Part shown: piece after piece, positions 1 to 9,733 of the stretch | Position numbering within the stretch: the first letter of the stretch is position 1 | Layout: each line of letters opens with the position of its first letter | Source of the DNA: an uncultured Bacteroidales bacterium | GTDB taxonomy: Bacteria; Bacteroidota; Bacteroidia; Bacteroidales; JAFGXI01 | Length of the DNA: 64,000 nucleotides | Reading direction: 5' to 3' | Assembly (NCBI GenBank): GCA_947311115.1 | Contig: CAMZKE010000029.1 | Coordinates: 10,385-74,384, forward strand | Translations under genes and position numbers: made by a program | The notes under the pieces: model-generated | Database searches by the model: none | What the model saw: only the letters and a program-made list of their open reading frames with translations | Told to the model about the DNA's origin: nothing

Positions 1-1
1 T

Positions 2-1069
2 GCGTTTAAGAAAAAAGACAGAGATTTTGGACTTGAATCATATTATTTACAAACAAGTTATAAAAAGTATAGCACAAATAAAGATTCCGTTAATGCTATA
101 AGAAAAAGGCTCACTGCACTCGCTAAAAAACGAGAAGCATTTCTTTCAGAAACATCTAAAACTGTTAAATCTAAAACTTTAAAAGTAGTTGTAAATTTAA
201 TGAGAGATATTGAAGTACCACAGATAAAAGAAAGCTCCATAAATAAAGATTCTGTAAGATTGGCAAGATATAATTATTATAAAAATCATTATTGGGATTA
301 TGTCGATTTTTCAGATAGTACAATTTTAAATACACAGTTATTTGCTCCCAAATTAAAAAGGTTTATGACTAAAATTATAGTTCAACGTGCCGATACAATA
401 ATAAATGAAGGCGATAAACTAATTGCAATGGCAAAATCGTCTCCAATAATGTATAGATATATGGTTGAGTATATGCTTGGTTTTGCCGATAAATCTAAAC
501 TAATGGGAATGGATAAAGTTTTTGTTGAAACAGCAAAAAAATATCATTTAAAAGGACTAGCAACTTGGGCAGATAGTTCAAGAATAGCAAAAATAAGGAG
601 TAGTGTAGAAAAAACAGAGCCAAACCTAGTAGGTAATCCTGCCCCAGATTTACGACGCTTAGAAAGTGTTGATCACAAGTATTATACATTATACGATATA
701 AAAAGTGAATATACAGTACTTGCATTTTGGGAACCTCATTGTGGACATTGTAAAATTGAAATACCAAAACTTTATAAGGTGTACGAAAAACTAAAAGCTA
801 AAGGAATTGGTGTAGAAGTAATGGCAGTTTACACACAAATAAAACGCGAGCCTTGGGAAAAATTTATTGAAGAAAAAGATATTACCGATTGGATAAATGT
901 TTACGATAAATATCAGTTAACAAATTTTAGAATGTTGTATAATGTTTACGCAACACCTTCAATTTATCTTTTAGATAAGAATAAAAAAATTATTGGTAAA
1001 AAACTTAATTTTGAACAGGTAGAGAAGTTTTTGATTAATATTGATAAATTGAGAAAAGGGGGAGAGTAA
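2..1069 (+). CDS. Thioredoxin-fold thiol:disulfide oxidoreductase (TlpA/AhpC-TSA-like), 5'-truncated by window edge
   Basis: Frame is open from nt 2 with no stop upstream of the Met at 200, so the N-terminus lies outside the window. The C-terminal half has the redox motif 'FWEPHCGHC' preceded by 'GNPAPDL', typical of TlpA/ResA-like proteins. Confidence 0.75.
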   Translation, partial: AFKKKDRDFGLESYYLQTSYKKYSTNKDSVNAIRKRLTALAKKREAFLSETSKTVKSKTLKVVVNLMRDIEVPQIKESSINKDSVRLARYNYYKNHYWDYVDFSDSTILNTQLFAPKLKRFMTKIIVQRADTIINEGDKLIAMAKSSPIMYRYMVEYMLGFADKSKLMGMDKVFVETAKKYHLKGLATWADSSRIAKIRSSVEKTEPNLVGNPAPDLRRLESVDHKYYTLYDIKSEYTVLAFWEPHCGHCKIEIPKLYKVYEKLKAKGIGVEVMAVYTQIKREPWEKFIEEKDITDWINVYDKYQLTNFRMLYNVYATPSIYLLDKNKKIIGKKLNFEQVEKFLINIDKLRKGGE

Positions 1070-1129
1070 AACTGTATTAATTTACAAAAAAAGAATTGTT
1101 GACACTATACTAATAAGTGTATAAACATA

Positions 1130-1160
1130 AAAAAGCCGAAGTTGATACTTCAGCTTTTAC
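1130..1160. terminator. Hairpin between convergent genes (bidirectional terminator candidate)
   Basis: AGCCGAAGT-TGAT-ACTTCAGCT stem (one mismatch) flanked by an A-run and a T-run, between the stops at 1069 (+) and 1185 (-). Confidence 0.5.
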
Positions 1161-1184
1161 AATATGCTAGTATTTATAACTAAT

Positions 1185-3005
1185 TTATTCGTGACCAAGA
1201 AGTAACTTAGAAATACCTTTAACAGCAGCATAACCATCAGCAATAGCAGAAATAGCATCGGCTGTCTTGTTTACAGCATCACCACCGGCAAATACTTTAG
1301 GGTCTCCTGTTTGGTTAAATTCATTTACAACAATCATCATACCTCGCTTAATTTCAATTTTGTCTTTAAAGCTTTCCGGTAACCATGAGTAATCAGCTTC
1401 CTGACCAATAGCTCCAATTACTGTATCACATTCAAAAATTTCTTCAGAACCTTCAATTGCAACAGGTCTTGGACGACCTCCTTTGTCATCTGCTACCATT
1501 TCGGCACGTAAAAATTCAACACCGGCAACTTTACCATCTGCACCTTTAATAATTTTGGTAGGAATAGTTTGAGGATCAATTCTAACACCTTCTTCTTGAG
1601 CTCCAATAATTTCTTCCCAATCGGCAGGCATATCTTCTACTCTACGTCTGTAAAGAATAACTACTTCTGCACCCAAACGGGCTGATACTCTTGCTCCATC
1701 AATAGCAACATTACCGCCACCAAATACTGCAACTTTTTTACCAACATCGTATTTATCGCCACGGTTAATAATATCAAGGAAATCAACAGCAGGAATTGAA
1801 CCCTGAATTTCTTCATTTTCCATACCTAGAGTCCAAGCTTTTTGGAAACCAATACCAACAAAAATTGCGTCGAAAGCTGTGTGCATTTCTTCAAAAGTAA
1901 TATCTTTTCCAACAGTGGTATTGTAATTAATTTTAACACCAATGCTTTCCATATACTCAACTTGTTTATCAACACTTTCCATAGGGAATCGGTATTTTGG
2001 AATACCGTAAACTGTCATACCTCCGGCTTTTGCTTTAGCTTCAAAAATAGTAACATCAAATCCACGTAAAGCAAGGTAATAACCGGCTGTTAAGCCCGAA
2101 GGGCCAGCTCCAATAATACCAACTTTTTTTCCATTTGGTTCAGCAATAACTGGATTTAATATTTCTTTAATTTTTGCGGCAGTTGGTGCTGTTTCTGTAG
2201 CATATCGTTTTAACCAGCGTATTGATACTGCACCTTTGTCGTTAGGGTCGTTTTCAACTCCACGATGAGTAAGAGCACAAACAGTTTCGCATTGGCGAGT
2301 ACAAACCTTTCCACACATTTCAGGGAATGGGTTATTATCATAAATAATACGTAATGCATCTTCATCGTTTCCACTAGCAATAGCATTAATATATTCAGGA
2401 ATGTGCATTGTATCAGGACATACATTTGTACAAAGTCCACAAGAAATACAACGTTGAGCTTCTGCACGTGCTTCTTCTTCATTATAGCCAAGAACAACTT
2501 CTGCAAACGATTTTACACGTTCGCTACCTTCAAGTTCACGCATTGGAACTCTGTTGTACATTGATAATGAGAATTCTGTTTCTGAAGTAAACGATATGTC
2601 ATTTTTTCCTTCAGGATTATCAACTCCCGGTGTCCAAAGAAATGCATTTGCATCAGGAGTAACATAAATATAATCTTTTGTTAAGTTTAATGAACCGGTA
2701 GGGCATACCTCAACGCATAAAGCACACCAACAACAACGACCGTTATCAACACGAGGACGTAACCCACTATCACCACGCGAATGCTCTACACCCTCAATAT
2801 TTATCATATCTATAGCATCGTTTTGGCAAATAGTTGAACAGTTTCCACAACCAATACATACTTGTAAATCGTTATAGTGTAAACCACGATAACGGTCGGC
2901 AGTTTTCTTAGTTTCAAAAGGGTAGTTAATAGTATGAGGTTTTTTCCCCAACTGTTTAACAGCTCCTAATGGTTGTAACATTCCTTTTAAATCAAAAAAG
3001 CTCAT
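1185..3005 (-). CDS. NuoI/MbxN-type 2x[4Fe-4S] ferredoxin fused to GltD/SudA-like NAD(P)H-dependent FAD oxidoreductase
   Basis: 'CIGCGNCSTIC' and 'CCWCALCVEVCP' (NuoI-like). 'CISCGLCTNVCP' and 'CGKVCTRQCETVC' (GltD-type Fe-S). 'GIIGAGPSGLTAGYYL' (FAD) and 'VFGGGNVAIDGA' (NAD(P)H) Rossmann motifs. Last gene of the mrp/mbx-like operon. Confidence 0.85.
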   Translation of the reverse strand: MSFFDLKGMLQPLGAVKQLGKKPHTINYPFETKKTADRYRGLHYNDLQVCIGCGNCSTICQNDAIDMINIEGVEHSRGDSGLRPRVDNGRCCWCALCVEVCPTGSLNLTKDYIYVTPDANAFLWTPGVDNPEGKNDISFTSETEFSLSMYNRVPMRELEGSERVKSFAEVVLGYNEEEARAEAQRCISCGLCTNVCPDTMHIPEYINAIASGNDEDALRIIYDNNPFPEMCGKVCTRQCETVCALTHRGVENDPNDKGAVSIRWLKRYATETAPTAAKIKEILNPVIAEPNGKKVGIIGAGPSGLTAGYYLALRGFDVTIFEAKAKAGGMTVYGIPKYRFPMESVDKQVEYMESIGVKINYNTTVGKDITFEEMHTAFDAIFVGIGFQKAWTLGMENEEIQGSIPAVDFLDIINRGDKYDVGKKVAVFGGGNVAIDGARVSARLGAEVVILYRRRVEDMPADWEEIIGAQEEGVRIDPQTIPTKIIKGADGKVAGVEFLRAEMVADDKGGRPRPVAIEGSEEIFECDTVIGAIGQEADYSWLPESFKDKIEIKRGMMIVVNEFNQTGDPKVFAGGDAVNKTADAISAIADGYAAVKGISKLLLGHE

Positions 3006-3104
3006 CTTTTTTATTTTTTATTTTTTATTTATTAATTATTATTGAAAAAAATACGACATATATTATATCAATAATAAATATAAAATAATAATTAATAAAT
3101 TAAA

Positions 3105-4211
3105 TTATCTTTCCATTTCCGGAGGACAAACGCCCATCGAGTTCAAAATAAATGAAACATCGGCTATATTTTGTCCCGGTAATATTTTTTCTAATACTGT
3201 AATGCCGTTAGTGTAAGCAGCACCTTTTACGTGTACTCTACGAGGTTTGTTAGAACCGTCACTAACTACATAGAATCCAACTTCTCCACGAACCGACTCT
3301 GTTTTGGTCCAAGCCTCACCGGCAGGAACAGTCCATTTCATAGGGTTTGGTACTTTATTATAAAATTCGCCTTCAGGCATTTTTTCTAATGCTTGACGAA
3401 TAATATTAATCGATTGGCGTGCTTCTTCTTGACGAACTAATGCGCGTGCCCAAACATCGCCACCTTCTTGAGTAGGTACAATAAAATCTAATTTATCGTA
3501 AGCACAATATGGTTCGTCAATACGAACATCGTGCTTAATGCCTGTTCCTCTAAGTGGTGCTCCAACAACTCCCCATTCAATAGCTTTATCTTTTGGTACA
3601 ATACCAACGCCTTGAGCTCTTTTTTGGAAAATTGTATTATCAAACATTATTTTGTTATATTCGTCAAGACGTTTCTCAATGTAATCCATTGTTTTAAGAG
3701 CTTTGTCTTTCCAACCTTTTGGTAAGTCTCTACGAACTCCTCCCGGCCAAATATACATATGGTAAATTCTACCACCTGTTAGCTCTTCAAATAAATCAAG
3801 AATGTAGTTTCTGTCTCCAACTGACCATTGTCCAGTTAGGTACAAGCCTGCCGAACCTGATTGACCTGCGTACCATAGCATAAATGATTGTAAGCGAGCA
3901 AGTTCCATTACTATTGTGCGTATGTATTCTGCTCTTTCCGGAACTTCTCTGTTTTCAAGCTCTTCAACAGCTCTTGCATATGTAAGCTCCATTGGGTCAG
4001 GCTCAGGTACACAAAATCTACATAAAATTGTAAATGTTTGTAACCAATTACGTCGTTCAATTAATTTCTCGAAAGCACGGTGAAGGTATCCTACGTGAGT
4101 TTCTGCTCTCACAACAGTATCACCTGTAACTTTTAATTTAATCATCATATTCCCTGTAATACCAGGGTGTTGAGGACCTAAATACAGTGTGGTTTCTTTT
4201 TCTCGTACCAT
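3105..4211 (-). CDS. NuoD / group-4 [NiFe]-hydrogenase large-subunit-like protein (MbxL-like)
   Basis: 'GYLHRAFEKLIE' (HRGxEK block). 'LCRFC' at the N-terminal CxxC position. C-terminus 'GVCPPEMER'. Start abuts the stop of the upstream NuoC-like gene at 4211. Confidence 0.85.
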   Translation of the reverse strand: MVREKETTLYLGPQHPGITGNMMIKLKVTGDTVVRAETHVGYLHRAFEKLIERRNWLQTFTILCRFCVPEPDPMELTYARAVEELENREVPERAEYIRTIVMELARLQSFMLWYAGQSGSAGLYLTGQWSVGDRNYILDLFEELTGGRIYHMYIWPGGVRRDLPKGWKDKALKTMDYIEKRLDEYNKIMFDNTIFQKRAQGVGIVPKDKAIEWGVVGAPLRGTGIKHDVRIDEPYCAYDKLDFIVPTQEGGDVWARALVRQEEARQSINIIRQALEKMPEGEFYNKVPNPMKWTVPAGEAWTKTESVRGEVGFYVVSDGSNKPRRVHVKGAAYTNGITVLEKILPGQNIADVSFILNSMGVCPPEMER

Positions 4212-4774
4212 TACTCTCTTGAATATTTTTTAGCGAAATCAGGAATTACTTCTCCGCTTTGTTTTGTTAATTCTTCTCTTACATCTTTTGCATCTTCACG
4301 TCCGGGACGTTGGTAAAATGTTTTTTCAGCATAGGCGTGAGTATCAAAATCTCTACGCATAGGAGGCATTTCGTCCCAATCTTCTAATGCAAAATCTTGA
4401 CGGCCAATTAATCCGGGAAACTGAATACCGTACATTTCACGCATTTCGCGTTCGTATGTATTTGCTTGGTCCCATATGCTATCAATGTTTTCCATTTCTG
4501 CATTTTCTCTATCGATAAAAGTTTTAAGCATAATGGTAACTTTTTCAGTAGGAGACCATATAATATAATTTAGTTCAAATTTACCATCTTCTATACGGTC
4601 AACAACCGACATATGGTTTAAATGAATATATCCTTGTTGATTTTTACAGAATAATAAGATACTTGAAACAATATCTTTATTAGCCGTAATCATCACTCGT
4701 TTTTCTCTAGCAATATGCCCTTCAACATTGAAGGCTACTTTTATTGCTTCGAGAATTTTATTTTCTTTTTCCAT
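4211..4774 (-). CDS. NuoC / 30-kDa-subunit-like protein (MbxK-like)
   Basis: 'EREMREMYGIQFPG' block typical of NuoC/HycE-N. Sits between the NuoB-like and NuoD-like genes. Confidence 0.8.
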   Translation of the reverse strand: MEKENKILEAIKVAFNVEGHIAREKRVMITANKDIVSSILLFCKNQQGYIHLNHMSVVDRIEDGKFELNYIIWSPTEKVTIMLKTFIDRENAEMENIDSIWDQANTYEREMREMYGIQFPGLIGRQDFALEDWDEMPPMRRDFDTHAYAEKTFYQRPGREDAKDVREELTKQSGEVIPDFAKKYSRE

Positions 4775-4852
4775 ACTCTATAAATTCTAAACTTTGAATT
4801 CTAAATTTTAAATTAATTTATATAATTTTAAATTCGTAATTCATAATTTATT

Positions 4853-5401
4853 TTACCAGTTATAATCCGGCATACGCCAATTTTTAATTATCTTCTTTTG
4901 ATTGGCTCTGTACCACTCAAGATTTTCTTTATATTTTGCTGCATTATTTGCAGTTCCTTCAGCAATTTGTTTTTGTAGTTGAACAAAACCTGAAATTACA
5001 GCTTCAGGACGAGGCATACAGCCATTAATATATACATCAACCGGAATATATCTGTCTAATGCATTGATAGTGTTGTAACTATCGTAATACATACCTCCGT
5101 TAATAGTACACGAACCAAAACCAATTACATATTTGGGGTCTTGCATTTGCTCGTAAACTCTAATTACACGTTTTAAAGTTTTTGTAGCTAAATAACCTGT
5201 AATTAATAATACATCAGCTTGACGAGGAGTTGCGGCACCTCTAATACCAAAACGCTCTGCATCGTAACGAGATGTCATTGTAGCAGGAATTTCGATAGCA
5301 CCACAACCTGTGCCATAAGCCATAACAAAAAGTGAGTGTTTTCTACTCCAATTTTGTATGTATTCTACTATTGTTTGTTTATCTTTATTATTTGATGTCA
5401 T
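4853..5401 (-). CDS. NuoB / hydrogenase small-subunit-like protein (MbxJ-like)
   Basis: Blocks 'GCGAIE', 'GFGSCTINGG' and 'NGCMPRPE' match the NuoB/PSST layout. Only three Cys in the whole protein. Confidence 0.85.
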   Translation of the reverse strand: MTSNNKDKQTIVEYIQNWSRKHSLFVMAYGTGCGAIEIPATMTSRYDAERFGIRGAATPRQADVLLITGYLATKTLKRVIRVYEQMQDPKYVIGFGSCTINGGMYYDSYNTINALDRYIPVDVYINGCMPRPEAVISGFVQLQKQIAEGTANNAAKYKENLEWYRANQKKIIKNWRMPDYNW

Positions 5402-5413
5402 AGTTAATAAGAT

Positions 5414-6352
5414 TTAAAAAATAGCCCAAATTACAGCGATTACACCTAAGGCTGTAGGCCATCCCCAAAAATATCTGATTGCTTGTTCTGTTCTGTATCG
5501 AGGGCTTATCCAACCGTAAAATACAGGAACCATATAAAGCGAAAATGTTTTTAATAATAAAATTCCTAATCCCATGATAGTAGCTAAAATACCGGTTCCG
5601 AAACCGGCACCACCCATAAATAAATCAACATAAAGGGTTAATTTAATAAATGCGAAGATAGAGCCTCCACTCATCATTGTTCCAAGATATTTACCTCCAA
5701 ACTCAGAAACAGGACCTGATGCTAATTCAGCAGGAGCACCAACAATATCGAAAGGAGAGTATCGAAACATTCCTAAAGATGCAAATAAAGCTGCTAAAAA
5801 TGCAAATGGGTTTGCAAACATCATCCAAGTACCTGTTTGGGCTTGAATATCCATAATGTCTTGAATTGATGTAGTTTTATATTGAACCATTAAAGCAACT
5901 AACGCTAAAACGAAAGGGATTTCAAATCCAACCATTTGGCTGAGTCCACGAGTTACACCAATAGCCGAGTTTGGGTTACCTGTTTGTCCTGCACCAAGAG
6001 CCATACCTAACGAGCCAAAAACCATCATATAAAGAAGGAAAATTAAATCGCCGTGAAAAGTAAGGTTTGGAAACCATAAATTGCCATTTAAAATTGGAAT
6101 AAACATTAGCACTGTACCTGCAGAAATTATAATCCATACAGGAGCCATATGTCCCATAAATCCGTGAGCAATATTTGTTTTCTTACTTTGAAGTTTTAAT
6201 AAATCTAAAAAGTTCTGCCATATAACAGGACCTCGTCTGTTTTGAACTCTTGCGGTAAGTTTTCTAACAATACCTCCGTAAGTCATACCTACTGTAAAGG
6301 CAAGTATAACTGTAAGTAATGCTCCAATAATTTTTATACCTAAATCTTCCAT
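5414..6352 (-). CDS. NuoH / HycD-like membrane subunit (MbxM-like)
   Basis: Polytopic. N-terminal loop 'RKLTARVQNRRGP' resembles the NuoH 'RKxxAxxQxRxGP' block. Sits between the antiporter-like and NuoB-like genes. Confidence 0.75.
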   Translation of the reverse strand: MEDLGIKIIGALLTVILAFTVGMTYGGIVRKLTARVQNRRGPVIWQNFLDLLKLQSKKTNIAHGFMGHMAPVWIIISAGTVLMFIPILNGNLWFPNLTFHGDLIFLLYMMVFGSLGMALGAGQTGNPNSAIGVTRGLSQMVGFEIPFVLALVALMVQYKTTSIQDIMDIQAQTGTWMMFANPFAFLAALFASLGMFRYSPFDIVGAPAELASGPVSEFGGKYLGTMMSGGSIFAFIKLTLYVDLFMGGAGFGTGILATIMGLGILLLKTFSLYMVPVFYGWISPRYRTEQAIRYFWGWPTALGVIAVIWAIF

Positions 6353-6361
6353 ATTTTATTA

Positions 6362-8236
6362 TTATACAAATAAAGTATCTTTAAATAACAACATTAATAC
6401 AAGGAATATAACTACAAACAATGCATAAGTTTGTCCGTTTCCAGTGTATATTTTTCTGGTAAAGTTAAAAAGAGCTTCTAAGCCATTACCAAGTTCGTTC
6501 CAAATTTTATTCATACTACGCTTGTACATAGGTGCTGCAGCTCTAACAAACGGTTGGAAAAAATTTATTTGGAAAGTTAAGTTTTCGTTTTCGTAAGGAA
6601 TTTCACCTGATGTTGAAATGTCTTTTGTTCCAACATAACGTGTGCCTTTTAATCCTTTTAGTGTGATGAATGCAAATATTGATACAAATACAACACCTAT
6701 TGTAATTCCAAGATATGTAAGGTTCATTTCGTTACCCCACACATTGTTAAGTACCGACATGTTCCAAGTTACATCTTTAAAACCAATAAATTCCATTGCG
6801 GTTGCTATTGGGGAGAATATTAATCCCGGAAAAGCACCTGTAATAACTAATAATATGGCTAAAACTAACATTGGAATTATCATTGTAATAGGAGCTTCTT
6901 TTACCTGCTCTGTTTCTTTTTCTTCTTGTCCTAAAAATAATCCGAAAAGGAAACGGTAACTGTATAAGAATGCAGCTGTACTTGAGAAGAAAATTACTAT
7001 TACTAAAAAGTATGAATTGCTTTCTGTTATTAAGGCTTCGTAAAGCATCCATTTACCGACAAAACCACCTAATGGAGGAATACCTGCAAGTGCAATAATT
7101 GATATTAAAGCTGTAAGAAATGTGAAAGGCATTTTTCTGATTAAACCGGATATTTTAGTCATATCGGTAGTTCCTGCCTGACGTTCAACGGCTCCAACAA
7201 CCATAAATAAAGCTCCTTTAAATATACCGTGAACAACAGCTAAAAATAGAGCCGCCATAACACCAAGTTTTGTACCGGTTGCTAAACCTACTGTAATATA
7301 TCCAAGCTGAGCGATTGATGAGTATGCTAAAAGTTTTTTAGCATCGTCTTGAATAAGTGCGTAGAGTGTGGCAATTACAGCTGTAATACCACCTAACCAA
7401 CCAATTGTTTGTTGAAGATAAATAACGCTGAATCCACTAAAAAAGTTAGTTAAGCTACCGCTACGGTCAGCAGTAAACATATGACCAAGTACTAATCCCA
7501 TACCTAAAACTCCCATTTTACTCATTGCTCCGGAGAATATAACTGTAAAGGATGTTGGTGCATTATTATATGCTCCCGGTGCCCATACGTGAAGTGGCAT
7601 TGTTGCAGCTTTTACTCCAAATCCTATAAGTAGAAGAATAGGTATGTATATATTATCAATAAAATTGAATGCTCCTGCATTAATTGCATCAGAAATAAGG
7701 AAAGTATCGTATTGTCCTTTTATCATTACAATAGCAGTAAGCATTGAGTATGCTCCAATTGCACTAAATATCATATATTTAATACCAATTTTTTTAACAT
7801 TTTTACCTGAGTATATAATAATAAGGTAAGATGCCCAAGTCATTATTTCCCAAAAAATGAAGAATGAAATAAAATCGTTGGCGAAAATAATACCTGTCAT
7901 ACCTGCAATAACAAGCACAAAGTTGAAATAAAAACCACTTGTGCGTTCTTTGTTTTGCATATAGGATATTGAATATAACGAAGCTAAAGTACCTAAACCT
8001 AAAACTATTATTCCGAATAAATATCCGTAACTGTTAAGTCCCCACTGTAATTGAATTCCACCAAGCGAAAACTCAATAAAACTGCCCATTTCAATTTGTG
8101 TAAAAAATAGGGCAGAAGCTGCTGCTATTGATAAAAATGCAACAGTACCGCTAATAATTGATGATATTTTGCCAAGAACAAACGATAGTCCTGCACCTGC
8201 AAAAAGAATCAATAATATTAAAAAGAAACTATTCAT
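6362..8236 (-). CDS. MrpA/D-NuoL-type proton-conducting antiporter-like subunit (MbxH'-like)
   Basis: 'GVKAATMPLHVWAPGAY' and 'LLAYSSIAQLGY' blocks. More than 14 hydrophobic segments. Confidence 0.8.
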   Translation of the reverse strand: MNSFFLILLILFAGAGLSFVLGKISSIISGTVAFLSIAAASALFFTQIEMGSFIEFSLGGIQLQWGLNSYGYLFGIIVLGLGTLASLYSISYMQNKERTSGFYFNFVLVIAGMTGIIFANDFISFFIFWEIMTWASYLIIIYSGKNVKKIGIKYMIFSAIGAYSMLTAIVMIKGQYDTFLISDAINAGAFNFIDNIYIPILLLIGFGVKAATMPLHVWAPGAYNNAPTSFTVIFSGAMSKMGVLGMGLVLGHMFTADRSGSLTNFFSGFSVIYLQQTIGWLGGITAVIATLYALIQDDAKKLLAYSSIAQLGYITVGLATGTKLGVMAALFLAVVHGIFKGALFMVVGAVERQAGTTDMTKISGLIRKMPFTFLTALISIIALAGIPPLGGFVGKWMLYEALITESNSYFLVIVIFFSSTAAFLYSYRFLFGLFLGQEEKETEQVKEAPITMIIPMLVLAILLVITGAFPGLIFSPIATAMEFIGFKDVTWNMSVLNNVWGNEMNLTYLGITIGVVFVSIFAFITLKGLKGTRYVGTKDISTSGEIPYENENLTFQINFFQPFVRAAAPMYKRSMNKIWNELGNGLEALFNFTRKIYTGNGQTYALFVVIFLVLMLLFKDTLFV

Positions 8237-8242
8237 ATCTGT

Positions 8243-9733
8243 TTAGTTTATATTTTGTGTTAATACCGCTTGAATATATGATGCTTTATCTAATAACATA
8301 TCAGCAGCGTTGTTTAAAAAGTGAGTTATTATATCAGGATAAACTCCAACAACAATTATTGTAGCTCCTAATATTAACATAGAAACCATTGCATTAATTG
8401 ATGGTTTTTGTACTTTAATTTCTTCGTCTTCTTGTTTGCCGTAGTATAATGTGCTTACAACTCTGAAATAATAAATTATTTCTATTATACTAACTGCTAA
8501 TATTGCCATTATTAATAAAAGCATATTTTGGTCGGCAGCAGCAGTAAGTACATATAGTTTGCTCCAAAATCCTGAGAAAGGAGGTAGTCCAACTATTGCA
8601 AATGCACCTAAGCCAAATAGTAATGATACAATTGGAAGTTTTTTTCCTAATCCGGCTAAAGCCGATATTTTTTTGTTTAAAGAGTTATAGGTTAAATAAC
8701 TTCCACTCATAAATAACAAACTTTTGATAACTGCGTGGTTAAACATTAAGAATAATGCTCCAATAATTGCAGTTTTTGTGCCAATGCCAAAAGCAATAAG
8801 TACAAAACCCATTTGACCAATACTTGAATAAGCAAGCATTCGTTTAAGGTTTGTTTGTGCTACTGCAGCTGTTTCGGCAATTATCATTGTTATTAAACCA
8901 CCGTATATTAAGAAATCGTAAGCTCCGTGAATATCGAATAGAGTGAAAATAACTCTTATTAATGCGTAAACACCAGCTTTAACAACTATTCCTGCAAAGG
9001 CTGCTCCAATTGGTCCGGGAGATTGAGAGTAAGCATCAGGAGCCCATCCGTTTAACGGGAACATTTCTGCCTCAATACCAAAGCCTACTAAAAATAATAC
9101 TAAAATTGTAGCTCTTAATGGAGTTGGTATTAAATGTGCATTTTGAGCAATTTCTGCCATATTTAATGTGCCAAGCTGTGTGTAAAGAATCATTACGGCA
9201 AGCAATATCATTACTGATGCGAAGCTACCTATTAATAAATATTTAAATCCTGCTTCAGCTCCATCTCTTTCGCGGTAAAACGATGTAAGCGAATATGCTG
9301 TAATGGCTGTTATCTCCATAAATACAAATAGGTTGAAAATATCACCCGTAAGTACAATGCCAATTGCACCGGTAACCATCATCATTTGTAATATATGATA
9401 TTTTTGAGATTGAGATTGTTCAATTTTCTTAAAATTATAACTGTAAAGCCAAATTAAGAAGCCAACAACCGACATTAGACTTGCTAAAAATCCACTGAAA
9501 GGAGTAAACATAAGGTTAATTCCCCAAGGGGCAGACCAACCTGCAATTTTTTCAGATATTACACCTACTTCGCTAACTTGCATCATTAATACAATTGAAA
9601 CGAAAACAGAGTATAACAATACAATTCCCGGTACTATTCTGGCAAGTTCTTTATGAATGTACTTGCTTAATAATGGAATTGTAAAAGCCGCTAATAACGG
9701 CACCGCAATATAATGAACCGGACTTATTACCAT
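8243..9733 (-). CDS. MrpD/NuoN-type antiporter-like subunit (MbxH-like)
   Basis: 'GIEAEMFPLNGWAPDAY' and 'RMLAYSSIGQMGF' blocks. Overlaps the upstream gene by 7 nt. Confidence 0.85.
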   Translation of the reverse strand: MVISPVHYIAVPLLAAFTIPLLSKYIHKELARIVPGIVLLYSVFVSIVLMMQVSEVGVISEKIAGWSAPWGINLMFTPFSGFLASLMSVVGFLIWLYSYNFKKIEQSQSQKYHILQMMMVTGAIGIVLTGDIFNLFVFMEITAITAYSLTSFYRERDGAEAGFKYLLIGSFASVMILLAVMILYTQLGTLNMAEIAQNAHLIPTPLRATILVLFLVGFGIEAEMFPLNGWAPDAYSQSPGPIGAAFAGIVVKAGVYALIRVIFTLFDIHGAYDFLIYGGLITMIIAETAAVAQTNLKRMLAYSSIGQMGFVLIAFGIGTKTAIIGALFLMFNHAVIKSLLFMSGSYLTYNSLNKKISALAGLGKKLPIVSLLFGLGAFAIVGLPPFSGFWSKLYVLTAAADQNMLLLIMAILAVSIIEIIYYFRVVSTLYYGKQEDEEIKVQKPSINAMVSMLILGATIIVVGVYPDIITHFLNNAADMLLDKASYIQAVLTQNIN

